Positions 46,869 through 59,213 of a DNA stretch of 64,000 nt are shown piece after piece; the first letter of the stretch is position 1, and every line of letters starts with the position of its first letter. Both the position numbers and the translations under genes were made by a program. The DNA comes from Dimorphilus gyrociliatus (Eukaryota > Animalia > Annelida): positions 55,578 through 119,577 of the forward strand of contig CAJFCJ010000004.1 in assembly GCA_904063045.1 (NCBI GenBank), read 5' to 3'. A model generated the notes under the pieces. The model was given only the letters and a program-made list of their open reading frames with translations, was not told the origin of the DNA and made no database searches.

Positions 46869-49765
46869 TTATGTAATAGCAACACCAAAAGACGATCTAG
46901 GTGTTATACAATTACTCTTATAGAAGTCTGGTATAAATTGCATCATTCTAGGTTCAAATACTTCAATATCGCCATAAGGGAAACAAACAGCCGAATTATT
47001 ATTGCAGCCACCCATAACGTATATTAATCCATCAATTTCTACAGCACAAGCGCCAAGACGACTCTTATTAAGCTTAGCTCTGCTTGGTACAGTCCATTTA
47101 TTCTATAGATTAATTGGTAAAATGAAAGAAATCGTTAAAAATTGATGCGGAAATTAGATTTTAATCGATAAAAGTAAAAATTATTGACTCTGTCCGAAAA
47201 CTTACGATTCTTGAACAAAACATATAGACAGTATCTCTTGCGCAAGCATTTTCCTGCGTTGCTCCCCCAAATAGATAAATATCTCTTTTAAACTCAACAG
47301 CACAAGTTGCAAACAACGGAATGTGAAGATTATCAGCAGAAGACCATTCCTCTCGAATAAGATCGTGTTTCTCCACAAATTTACAACCGTTACCAAATTG
47401 ATCAATACCTCCAATTACGTAGGCGCAATCTGTCGGGGAAATTTAAATCATATTCCTTTTCTCGACTCTAATCGTCGAACAAATTAGGGAATTTAGATTT
47501 CAATTAACTAGAATTTATTCTTATCTTTGGGATTGTAATACGCAACTTAACGCTAGTTTAACGCAAATAAAATATTCAAAATTCTCACCATTACAAATGC
47601 ATGCTGTCGAAAAAGCTCGTTTTGTTTTCGATACTCCAACAGTTTTCCACTCCTTTTCTCGAAACATTAAAATATTCTGGTTGATGTCACTACCACTATA
47701 GCCACCATAAACGAAGATGGCATCATCGTAAGTAACCGCAGGAGCAGCCGATAATGTATGAGGAAGACTAACTGAATATTGCCATTCATTTCCCTCGATC
47801 AAATCAAATATTTCAACAGTATTTGATTGACATCTGGCGTTTTCACCTCCAATCGCGTATATTACATTCTTTAACCTCTCCATAGATAAAACAAACAATT
47901 ATTTACTTTTAAAGGAAACTTGTATAAATTACTACCAAATCGCCCCCCCGACTACAACCACTAGGAAAGTTGTCCCCCTATATATTTTGTTCAACAATAT
48001 AGTTATATCAGTTAAATAGTAACAATAAAAAAGGCACAATTTTTTTTTGTAAATTCATAACCAGATGTTAACGGTTTTTAACTGATAAAAAAAATTTGTT
48101 AGTGTATTTAATGCTATATGTGCATACCTCGCTAGAGAATGTAAAGATCGATTTTCCTTTAGAGATGATACCACTTTACACGATGACTCCTTTACGCTAA
48201 AACATTCTACGGAATCCGTGGCTCTAGAGTCCGTTGATCCATCCAAACACCCCCCTATCAACAAAATCCTATAATCGCTATATTCCCGAGGCTTGTCTGT
48301 GCCACAAATATAATTAATATCATCAAATTTGATGCCTGCCCTTTTTAAGCTATCAGTCATTGTCTGAAATTGAGATTGCTTTATCAGAGGGCTTCTTATT
48401 TGCTGCATAATCGAAGATATTTCGTGCTTCTTAGTCATTCTCTTAGACAAAATCCAGTCGCAAACGGCCCTGAAGAGAACAGTCTCATTTTCAATATCTA
48501 TCCTATTGTTCTCCAATAGAGTGGCCAGTGAGCTAGATGATAGTTCCAAATAACTCTTATTCTCTACAATCTTTGAAAAGTTCTTCAGGATGAATGATTC
48601 ACAGTGTCGGATGAAATTGACTATATTCCTACTTTTCGCTAATTCGAGCATCTGGCAACAATTTTCAAAGTCTATTAGTTCCATCATAAAATTAACAGAC
48701 CGTTCGACGACTCCGTGTACATTGAGCATATCCGAAAGTTCAAGAACTTGTTGAGCTGTTTCCGGAGTTATACGAATTTCTTCTACAGGGATAAAAGAAA
48801 AAAAATAAAATGAAAATTACTTTAAGAATAATAAAAGAAATACTCATTTCTAAAAAGAGAACGAAAGAGAAGTGGGGGAGGAAGTGAAAGATTGAAAGAA
48901 TTTCCCATAACTCTTTTAACAAATTATTATTAACTACCACGAGACTAGTTCTGATAGATATATTGAACAGCTGACTCTTTAATACCCCTGTGATCGAGCA
49001 CTATTATCTATTTTGTCAATTAAGTACATCATAAAATTAGTTATATGCTTAAAAAAAAAGAATTTGAAATTTAGCAAAAAGAGGGAGATTTTAATGATAA
49101 TATTACAAAATAGCAAACGCATGACTTATACCGGCTGCTATAACCTTGAATTTACCACGATACAGTAAAGATATTACCCATATACCTCTGTACTAAAATG
49201 CAATGGAAAGGTTTCTAATTGACTATAATTTGTAATAAAAATACAAATTAACTAAAATGCCTTACTTTCTCATATTTTACTTTGTCTAGAGTTTTGAAAG
49301 CTTAGGAAAAAAAACTTGTTCACTTCCCTTCTAAAAATAGATGGTTATCCCCCTCCCTCCCCCAAACGTATTTTACATACATACTGATATCCAAAGCTCC
49401 TGTTTCTCGATCCACATACATACATACATACATACATATAAATACTTATATCCCTCTTTCTTTTGTTCGTTTATCTGTTCAATCTTTCAATAATTCGTTT
49501 TTATTTTTTGTAGCATACCCGTGTAAATGTAACCCAAAACATCACCAAAAGCTTCTTCCCCAACTTCCTTAAGTTCAATCTCTTTGACTTGAGCCTCCAA
49601 CATGTTTTCCATAAACATGGCTTTGAAATAACTTGAAGCCGCCGCCAATACTACCTTGTGCGCCTCATAACATCGATTCCCCACCCTAATCGTCACGTCA
49701 CACAATACAGATTCCTGACGTAACTCGTTCAGCCCAGTTAATAACTTCAATTCATAAGCCGACAT
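46869..49765 (-). CDS. BTB-BACK-Kelch (KLHL-type) protein, multi-exon
   Basis: BTB: LCDVTIRVG..AHKVVLAAASSYFKAMF..YIYTG. BACK: ENCCQML..NF..YLELS..ENETVLFRAVCDW. Kelch repeats: IYAIGG, IFVYGG, AYVIGG, IYLFGG, IYVMGG. TAA 46869-46871. Confidence 0.9.
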
Positions 49766-50054
49766 TTCTTCACTCCGTTAATTTTTCAACCCAACCAACC
49801 AACCAACCACCGTTACAAATCATAACATACTTTCTCTTAATTCGTCTGCTAATTTTCCTCCAGCGACATCTATCGCACAATCCTTTCGAATAGATGAATT
49901 TCTCCATGTAAACTATCTTATAACACGTTTTTTCTTCTTAGAAACTAATGATAAATGTGGAAAACGTAGCTTACATCTAGCTATCCGTAAAAAATAAATA
50001 TTTTCTGAAAAAGAAAATTGATAAATCATATGTTTGATACCAAGGGAACTCAAC

Positions 50055-50103
50055 ATGCAAATTAGTTCGCAACACCAAATAGTTATAATATGTTGAATAT
50101 AAG
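50055..50103 (+). promoter_or_regulatory. snRNA-type upstream elements of U3: octamer ATGCAAAT (50055-50062), PSE-like TAGTTCGCAAC (50063-50073), TATA-like TATAA (50098-50102)
   Basis: Positions -72, -64..-54 and -29 relative to the U3 start; the PSE-like element resembles the insect PSEA start TAATTCCCAAC. Confidence 0.45.
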
Positions 50104-50126
50104 CCCCGATTGAAATATGAAAAATT

Positions 50127-50344
50127 AAGACTCTTACTCCATAAGATCGATGTAGAGTCAATTTTGCAAGGATACCGATCAAACTTGATCGTGGCAACTA
50201 AACCACGATGATGAGGCATGGTGTCCATTACCTGAGCGTGAAGCCGATAGGAGCAGGTTGCGATCGCAACTTGCACCTATCATTGAGGATCGTTCCCCCT
50301 TGGTGTTTCACTGAGGTGGAGGGTAGTGGCACGGCCTGAGTGGT
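50127..50344 (+). ncRNA. U3: U3 small nucleolar RNA
   Basis: 5' AAGACT..ACT..AGATC (box A'/A); AAACCACGATGATGA (box C'); CCTGAGCGTGAAGCCG (box B); hairpin; CATTGAGGATCGTTC (box C variant); terminal stem with GGCCTGAGTGG (box D). ~218 nt, followed by a T7 run. Colinear with vertebrate U3 from memory. Confidence 0.92.
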
Positions 50345-52117
50345 CTTTTTTTAAAAATCAAAAAATTTTAACAGAACAGTTTGATTGGCTATTTTGACAG
50401 GAAAAGCATACAGAGATTTAATTTAAACGCATTTTCCCTCGTTGTAGATTTTTAGCGTTTTGTTTTGATATTTAAATTGGACAAAATATAAACGTTTAGT
50501 TTTTAATATATTTAGATTTTAAATATAATATAGCCTGGTCGTCGCAAAATTCTTTATAAAAGGCACTTAATCTAACGATACTAACGATAGGGACTTTTTA
50601 GTTTAACACAATATGTAAATATTGTATAGATCTTTTTCAAAGGTAACAGATGAATAAGATAAATCATATTTCCACTCTAAAAAACTTTATATAGTAGGTT
50701 CAGCCGGCATACATAAATAGATAAACGGATGACCTCAGAGATGTAATTTTTCATACAATGTCAAACGTCTATTTAAACGTATTTAAAAGATTTTGTGTTA
50801 ATTAAGTTTCTATTTTTTATGTCTTGAAAATGCTCTTTTAATGATTGTATTATCTTTAAAATAGACTGAGTTATCAATACATTATATAGGTTTTATAGAA
50901 ATTATACATAGCAAAACGCACTCCACGTGGTTTTGTCCGCCATTTTTCAATATGTCTGACATTTTGTTACGAAATATTAGCTTGAGAAAGTGAGTGTTTC
51001 GAGCAATTAATGATAAGATTTGTGTGGAATTCCTAGTATATTTAAAGTTTTACTTAATAAAGGTTAATAAATCTAATAGCATTAGATATTTCATTATGAT
51101 TAAACCCATTAAATTGTAAACTTTGAAAGCTTAACTAAAAGTTTATAGATGTAATCTAATAACCAAATATTATATAGTTACACAAACTATAGATGAATAA
51201 ACTTAATCTTCATGCATTTTCCAAATATAAACCTCTGTACAGAAAGAAGGAGGAGGAGATTACTATGATACCATAGGAAATTATTCAAAATTATAATTAA
51301 TGGAAAATTTTTTCATATTTTTTTACTTAAGAGACTTGATACTAATTTATTGTATAACAAAACAGTAAGAATAACAAGTTTATTTCAAAATACGTCGCCT
51401 ACACGGATAACTGCCATTACGAAATGCCATGGGAGGTCATATGGACTATTTTTTATCGAAATCACGTTGACGATGGTTTTTTGTTACATTCCTTAATTTC
51501 TTTCTTTCAAAAATATATTCCATGTGAAAAACAATATTTGTTTTTTTAATTCAATCGGGTAGGCGTTATCTTATTTGTGTGTATTTCAATAATACAACTC
51601 CTCTAACAATGGCGAAGGGAACTACTTTTTACTGCAAGTTGCCCAAATTTTCACCATTTTTTGACTAACTGCCAATATTATATTTTTTATATTAAGGATA
51701 GGCGATAGATAGAAGTTTTTAAGGCTAACAGTGAGTAAAATAGCTAGATAAATCGAGTAAATTCTCCTCAAAGTACTCACAAAAGATTTCAAATATTATG
51801 ATGGCTTCGTGCGCAATATAGCTAGCTCCACCTCTTATCATAGTTCTCAGCCAATCAAAGCCCGAATTTTCTTGTCAAAAGCCTGAGTATATATTTCGAG
51901 AGATGTTATAATCACGATACTCAACTCATACTCATACTCAAGAGCTCAGTGCACACAAACCGCGCAATTATTCTCTTCAAGAAAAATCCAACATTTCTGT
52001 GAAGTTTGTTATATATCAGAAGAATTCACGTGGAATATTTGAATTATTTAAACAAAAAAATTTATTTTGGAAACTCTTTAAAAAAGTTCATTTTTTCGCT
52101 TTTGGAAATATTGCAAA

Positions 52118-53545
52118 ATGTTCCACAAGGGGCAATTCTTAGCTGGAACAGTCATTTCGCCATCGAAACAACGGAGAAATCTAGCAGACTTTAAGCCTCG
52201 TCCCGGTTCCCGACCTAGAGGTAAACAGTCTGATACAAACGAATCTTCTAGAGAAGTATTATCGACATCTATTAGCTCTTCATCCGCGGAAAATGAACCT
52301 ATTGATTTAAGTTCTACATCAACTTCGTTTGATCAGGAAGGAAGACGAATTAAGAGAAAAAAGTATAAAAAAAATATGAAAAAACCAGAAATTGAAGAAA
52401 GAGATCCTTTAGAAGATCTTCTAAAATATTTCCGACTAATTTACGAATGTTCTCTTTGTCACTTTATCGCTCACCGTTCCTCAGGCTACGACCTCCATGC
52501 TCAAATGAAACATAACAGCCGGTCGAAAGCAATTCCATATTACCAATGCCGTGATGATGATTGTGAACTTCTTTGCGACACCGAAGTATCTGCATGGGAT
52601 CATTTGAAAAATACTCATAATATAGATTTAGGTCCGAAACCAAAAACTAATATTGTTGGTAAAGTTTGTGAGCTATTTGATGATAGATTTCGTCAAGAGG
52701 ATTCTCTGTCACCTTCACCGAAAAAAAGTAAGATTAACGAAAGCAAATTACCGTCAAGAACAAATATTCTTTCTACATCAGATAGATCACCACCGTCTTT
52801 AACCAAAGTCAACACAGAGGAGAAACACTCAAGTCCTGTTAAGAAAGCTGAAATTCCTAAAATTTCGGCCGTTCAAGAAGCTGAACCTTTTGATTATTCC
52901 TTGAAACTTTCTCCTGCGGCTCCTGAAGAAGTTAACGGTACTTATACTTACAAGTTGGAAGCATTAATTACAGATACAAAAACAGGTGAAGAAGAATCTG
53001 CAGATGATGATTCAATGTCGTCGAACGAATCTCCAAATCTCGTAATTGACTTATCTCCCAAAGCTGAGGAAGAACCAATTGAAACAAAAGAAAAACCATT
53101 ACCATCAATCCTTACTTTTTCTGAAAAGCTTTCTGCTGCCGATTATCCACAACCAAGGACATCATATATTTCCGACGAAGCTGCTGATATGGCTTGTGGA
53201 AGGTATAAAATTGCTCCTCATTCCTCTGTTGCGCTATGGTGGGATAGAATTGGTGCAGCAGTCGTCAACCATCGAAGACAGTTATCTCAAGAAGGTATAG
53301 TTACTGATTGTAATTATGGTAGTAAACCGACTTACCAGAAACCTAAAAAACGTCCAACAAAAAAAGCGCAAGCTGAGGATTCCTCTGGTCCAAAACCACT
53401 TAAATTCATTCTTCCTAAGCAAGTCCCAACTTCTACTAATACAGTCACCCAACCCTCAATGCCTATCGTGGAGCAAAATACCGGGAAAAGTTCTGGAAAA
53501 ACTACAAAAAAGGCAGCTCCCTCTACCTCATCGAAAAATAAATAG
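52118..53545 (+). CDS. Intronless C2H2 double zinc-finger protein 1 with PxDLS and SIM-like motifs (475 aa)
   Basis: Uninterrupted ATG-to-stop ORF. YECSLCH..HAQMKH and [14 protein letters not shown] fingers; EPIDLSS; NLVIDLSP; basic NLS-like KRKKYKK. Confidence 0.85.
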   Translation: MFHKGQFLAGTVISPSKQRRNLADFKPRPGSRPRGKQSDTNESSREVLSTSISSSSAENEPIDLSSTSTSFDQEGRRIKRKKYKKNMKKPEIEERDPLEDLLKYFRLIYECSLCHFIAHRSSGYDLHAQMKHNSRSKAIPYYQCRDDDCELLCDTEVSAWDHLKNTHNIDLGPKPKTNIVGKVCELFDDRFRQEDSLSPSPKKSKINESKLPSRTNILSTSDRSPPSLTKVNTEEKHSSPVKKAEIPKISAVQEAEPFDYSLKLSPAAPEEVNGTYTYKLEALITDTKTGEEESADDDSMSSNESPNLVIDLSPKAEEEPIETKEKPLPSILTFSEKLSAADYPQPRTSYISDEAADMACGRYKIAPHSSVALWWDRIGAAVVNHRRQLSQEGIVTDCNYGSKPTYQKPKKRPTKKAQAEDSSGPKPLKFILPKQVPTSTNTVTQPSMPIVEQNTGKSSGKTTKKAAPSTSSKNK

Positions 53546-53589
53546 AACCTTTTTCTATGTCTGGATTTTAAAGGGAGGAGAGTGATAGA

Positions 53590-53855
<266 letters not shown>

Positions 53856-54438
53856 AAGATGGAAATATTTGTGAAAGCTAACAACGAATTTCATGATGAA
53901 ATAAGTATAATTACAATTTTTTCATGATTAAGTAAGTCTTCTCACAAATTTGTCAAAGTAAAGATATGAAAATGCTAAATTCATATCATAAATTCTGGCT
54001 AACAGCTTTAGAAACAAAATTAGTAAAAGATTATAATAAAAGGTAAACATTATTAATCGTTGATTTGACATAAGGTATTTTAAAATTTTGTGATTTTTCG
54101 CTTTTCCTTTGTGTAATTATATTGCATTTATTTATATATTCGTAATAACTTCAAAGTTTATTTAATTATGGTCTATTTTTAATGAAGAAACTTCATTTAT
54201 GTTCTATTGTTCTATTTACAAACTTTGTATCATGTAAGTCCTTTTCGAAAGTGTCATCTTTTATAACTTAAAACTTTGTATCACGTAGTTTACTTTTAGA
54301 AGAAAGATTCCTTTATTAAACTTTAAAAAAATCTGTTCTTTGTGCCTTTTTTGTTAGACGAAAAACTGATAACTATTACTTAATAAAACCTTCAAAATTA
54401 TCAAATTGTCATGTTTTTATTTAACTTTTTTAAAACAA

Positions 54439-55305
54439 TTAACATTTGTCATCCGAAGGATCATTGCTTGGATTATCAAAGCTAGGGGACAGATCTAAAA
54501 CAAGTCGAGGAGTGTAATCTCCTGGCGAAAGTGGAGGGATACTTTCTTCGCAAGGCTTTTCTGATCTATCGGTAATGTTTTTAACGATTCCCTCAACCTC
54601 AGAACAATAACCTTCAATGGAATCATCGTCGCCACTGTCGTCATTATTTACATATATAAGGCAATTTGAAAAAGAGTCCTTCTTTCCTTCCTCAGCTTTT
54701 AACTTTTTTGGAGAAGATACTATAGGAACAAACATACTCTCCATTTTCTCATTCAGAAGATAATCGAAGAGATTCTCAGCTGCTAAGTTGATATTATGAG
54801 AACTTTTCAAGTGATTCCGAATGGATAATTTCGAGTCACAGAGGATATTACAACCTTCAACCCGGCACTGATGATATGAGTTGAATTTTGATTTTGAATT
54901 GTGCTTTACATGAGAATGGCTGCTATACATAATCTTAGAATTTGCTATGTAATGACACAAGTTACACTCGTAAACGATACGAACCAACTCTTTTGACAAT
55001 GGTGGAGACTTTATTGTAGCCTTCAGATTTTTGCATGTGGAGTTTTTCTTTTCTTCATCATTAATTTCAGAATTTTCTAAATTACTTGAAACTATCGATT
55101 TATATGAGGGCAGTTTTCTTTTAAACAAACTGGAGTTATCCGTTGATTTATCATCATTAGCTTTTCTAATAAGTTTAAAGTTCTGCTTAACATTGCCATC
55201 ATGTTTTTGAAAGAATTTTATATTATCTTCGCCCGACAGCAAAACTATCTTTGGTGAAGGCCCCATATCACGATACTTTTCGCTGAATTTAAACTTGAAT
55301 GTCAT
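54439..55305 (-). CDS. Intronless C2H2 double zinc-finger protein 2, paralogue of protein 1 (288 aa)
   Basis: YECNLCH..HSHVKHNSKSK..YHQCRVEGC..HLKSSHNI aligns residue-for-residue with protein 1; RLVLDLSP motif shared. Confidence 0.85.
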   Translation of the reverse strand: MTFKFKFSEKYRDMGPSPKIVLLSGEDNIKFFQKHDGNVKQNFKLIRKANDDKSTDNSSLFKRKLPSYKSIVSSNLENSEINDEEKKNSTCKNLKATIKSPPLSKELVRIVYECNLCHYIANSKIMYSSHSHVKHNSKSKFNSYHQCRVEGCNILCDSKLSIRNHLKSSHNINLAAENLFDYLLNEKMESMFVPIVSSPKKLKAEEGKKDSFSNCLIYVNNDDSGDDDSIEGYCSEVEGIVKNITDRSEKPCEESIPPLSPGDYTPRLVLDLSPSFDNPSNDPSDDKC

Positions 55306-58300
55306 GAGAAGTAGACTATCTGGTCACCATGAAATTTGGTAAAAAATATCTCAAGTACCATCCCTTATATACACACTAATTTTGGCGGGATTAAACGAGA
55401 GCGTTCATTGGCAGACTTTTAAAAAGACATAATACTTAATAAAATAGGATATCCAACGACTAAAATACTGTTGTACAATTCTTTGGAACGATTATTGCGC
55501 TCATTTATATTGATGTTAGTGATACATTTTGTTAGAAATGTTATTTTTAAGTTGTTAAAATACTGAGTGTCAAGTGCTTAGAATTGTGTTCAACATTTAC
55601 TTCTAACTATACCATAATATGCTGATGTGGTGCAAAACAGAAATAATTTTAAAAAAGCTATAATAGAGCGAAACTACTGAAGAAATTATAGACAAGCACG
55701 TGCGCATGCTTTCGGCAAAATATCAAGGGCGTATTACAGATAAACCTACTAGCTCTGCCAATTTTAGTTTCAAAATATATCTAAGCAGTTTTAATTTTAT
55801 GAAGCAGCCTTATTTTACGTCAATTATAGCCTTAATTCAGATATATCTAGTGAGAAATAAATCTTGCTGTAGTCACTCTATTCTTTATTTAATTGAACTT
55901 ATATAAGGATAAAATGTTTGTGGGGTGTTATAGAATCATCTTACATATTATCTATTAGGGTATAACTAAAACTTATATATTTTCTGGCACTTTGTAAAAC
56001 TTTTCCTACATGTCTGCCATTTTGAAAATTTTTTTCTTTTTTTTTTCCAAATTGCTGCATAAAATATATTTCATATATTATTTTAGATATTAATTAAAAT
56101 CATATTATTAAATAATAAAAATTATGATTTTACTAAAATGCGGATTGCAATTAAATTAAATTAATGATAATTGATCCTAATCGATAAATTTCAAAAGTTT
56201 AGTTTTACATCGAATAAGCACATTAAACAACATATTTACGATAAATTTTTAAAGCTATAATAATTTTTCTGTATTTGACTTAAAGGAAGAACAAAAAAGT
56301 AAAGTTATATAAGTTTAAAAAGGTTTATCAAAAGTGTTCGATTCTATTTGATATAGAAACAAATTATATCGTGAAATCGAAATGATTCGATTCTATCGGT
56401 GTCACCACGTCACTTTGGGTTGGAAGAGCGAACCGTGAAGAATGGAAAAGGTAAATAGAATTTTATTTAGAAATTAACTTAACAATTATATAATATTCTC
56501 CTAAGTAATTAGTACGAGTACATTTTATTGAATAGCTTAAGAATAAATGTTATTTATTCAATGGGTTTTTGTAAGTCATTTTGACTTTGAAACTGAATTT
56601 TTTTTAATTTATAGAAAGATACTAAATTCATGTCTTGAACGAAGCCAAAAATTAACTTAAGATTTTTTATGTCAAAGAGCCGCGCCAATATATCTAAATT
56701 TTTTCCACGTGTAAAATGGTGGAAGTAAAAAAGTTACTTACGCAATGCCACCTGCATTTAAGTTTCATTGTGACCTATTTTTTCAGCTTCTCCTTTCCTA
56801 ACTTCGACGGGGAGCATCATCCACCTAAAGTCACCATTTTTCGAACGAAATCTTCACCAGTTGTCTAGGGAGACAGAAATGTACTGTTTGCTAACGGTAC
56901 GTTCTTAGCAGATCTGTTCTCCTCACCCATGAGGTAGACCCGAGTGTAAGACTTTGTTCAGTATCATGTTATCGATTACGTTTTATTATCTAGACGAGTA
57001 GCGTCAGTAAGCATTATAATCTTGTTATTTTGAAATATCAGGAATTAACAACCTAATTGAGATTTTCTTTTTCGCACAACTATTTTGTTTCAATTATATT
57101 TGTTAAATGTTTACATATTTTGGTACTGAAGAAACGCTTATTTTGAAGTCATGTTAACACCTGAGTCTAATAAAGACTCCTTTTTCGTTTTCTAACGAAA
57201 ACATCGTATGACGTGTAACCTATGGACCCACAACCCACATTCAATAGTTGTCCCTGGACTGCTTAAAGGATCTCCAAATCCTACTGCGAGTCTTCTCAAC
57301 TCTGTATCCATTACCTATCAATGAAATATTTGATTAAAAACGTATTTGATTATTTTTGCTATGTTTATATTATTTGGTGTTTTTTTCCATTCCATGTTTA
57401 AATGTTTTTTTTGTCAAGCTTATTGCTCTTGAACGCATAAGCTAAACGCCCTTGCACATGTCTTTTGTTGTGACTGAGTCATTTAGTGTGGAATAACTGC
57501 CTGTTTGAAAATAACTTATTAAACTTTTTTGAAGATTGAACAAATACAAAAGTTTAATTTGGAAATATTTGTCTTCTATAATCTTGAAACAATCAGAACG
57601 GTTCTAAACGGAAGTTTATCAGCTGTCGATAGCATTATCCGTTCGAAACCTTTTCCTGTTGATAACATGATTAAAACATACTTCCTCTAATTTTTTTGAT
57701 AATATCTTTGCCCCTTTTCTGTCTCTCTAGTCAAATATCGTTCCAGATAACTTATAAAATGACTAAAACCAGACAGCAGCTTTTCACTGACTAAGGACGT
57801 TTCAACGTCAACCGAGTTATTTTCAGCTTTCTGAAGCATTTTATATTGCATTCAAATGCAAATGCGATTTAAAAAATACAATCAAGATCTCCTATTATTT
57901 GTATTCACGATTATTAATCAGACTAAAATATTTTTAGACAATAAAAACTTCAGATTAGCGTAAGCGCCAAAGAGATAAGAAGAGATATAACTATACTTTT
58001 CATTTTGGGGTGCAAAAGTGTTTGTCGAATGCAATACAGCGTTTTCCAGGAATATGGTTTAGCAAAAACTGAAATGAAAATGATTAATAGATATACTGCA
58101 AATATCAGGGAAATGTTTTCTGTTAACAAAATTATAATATCTTTAAAAAGATATTTTTAGTATAAGCAGGTATATCTAAAAGAATGTATTATAGTCGTCA
58201 AGTCAAACAATAGGTTTGTATAAGTAAGCAAAAGCTTCATACGGACATAAGACGCTTTAGAAAAAAGCGTGTGTGTACGTATATGCGTGTATGAAAGAAA

Positions 58301-59213
58301 AGAGAGAGAGGGCGAGGGAGCAGGGAAAGAGAAAAAATGTAGGTTAATATACAGTTTTCTCTATAAGAATGATCAAATATCATGCTAAAGTAGTTGTAAC
58401 AGGTAAAATTTGAATATACCATATTTCCTTAGGTAAATTACTTTAAGTATTCTATATAGTATATTGTTAAATTTGTATGGAATATGTCATGGTATATTTT
58501 TAATTCTTTTCAGTATACAAACTTTTTTCTTTGATTAAACTTAATTGACATAGAAACATTTTATTATAAAAAGTAATTGTAACTTGTTCAAGCGTTTGGT
58601 GGAACGTGATAAAACTTTATGCGATAGAGAGAAATAATTACATATTGATTTGCGGTAGTACACAAGATATTTGTGTGAAGAACAAAGAATTTACTCCACT
58701 CCAAGACCTCTTGCTGTGAGGGTAATAATTTAGAATTTTTTTCATTCAATATACATATATAAATCCTTGCTATATCTCCATAAAAACATTCGTTCTAATG
58801 ATTTTCTTTGGAAAAAAGATAACGAATGTATTTCCATAAGAAGGTAGAATAGTCCAAATAAAGAATTCGTATTCAATATTTTTTAATAGAAATCAATTAT
58901 TAAAGATTTAACATTTTAAATCTAGTTCGCTGATTAGTTCGTTAACATAATCATGCTTAGGATTTTTCTTATATTGTAAATTATAATTTATTTTTAATAA
59001 AATTAAGTTAATTGATAAATGATTGAAACATAACTATCTTTTATGAAACGAATATAGTAACATGAGGTATAAATAGGTAAAGATATTAATAGACTTTTTT
59101 TAACGAGATAATATTTTTATATATAAGGGTCCCGCATTGATTTTTTGTTGATACTTTTAAGGGTTGACCAGGGACCAGTCTCAAAACTCGATTCTCGCGT
59201 TTTCTCGAAAATC

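Noticed and set aside
50252-50273. Near-perfect palindrome GCAGGTTGCGATCGCAACTTGC
   Set aside because: It is the normal hairpin between U3 boxes B and C, not a separate element or terminator.
49913-50276. Two minus-strand ORFs (94 and 99 aa) upstream of the Kelch gene
   Set aside because: They are the antisense of the GC-richer U3 snoRNA and its promoter.
51380-51850. Minus-strand MIRGGASYIAHEAIIIFEIF|gtgagt and nearby open segments
   Set aside because: No downstream exon could be joined without an early stop; not supportable as a gene.
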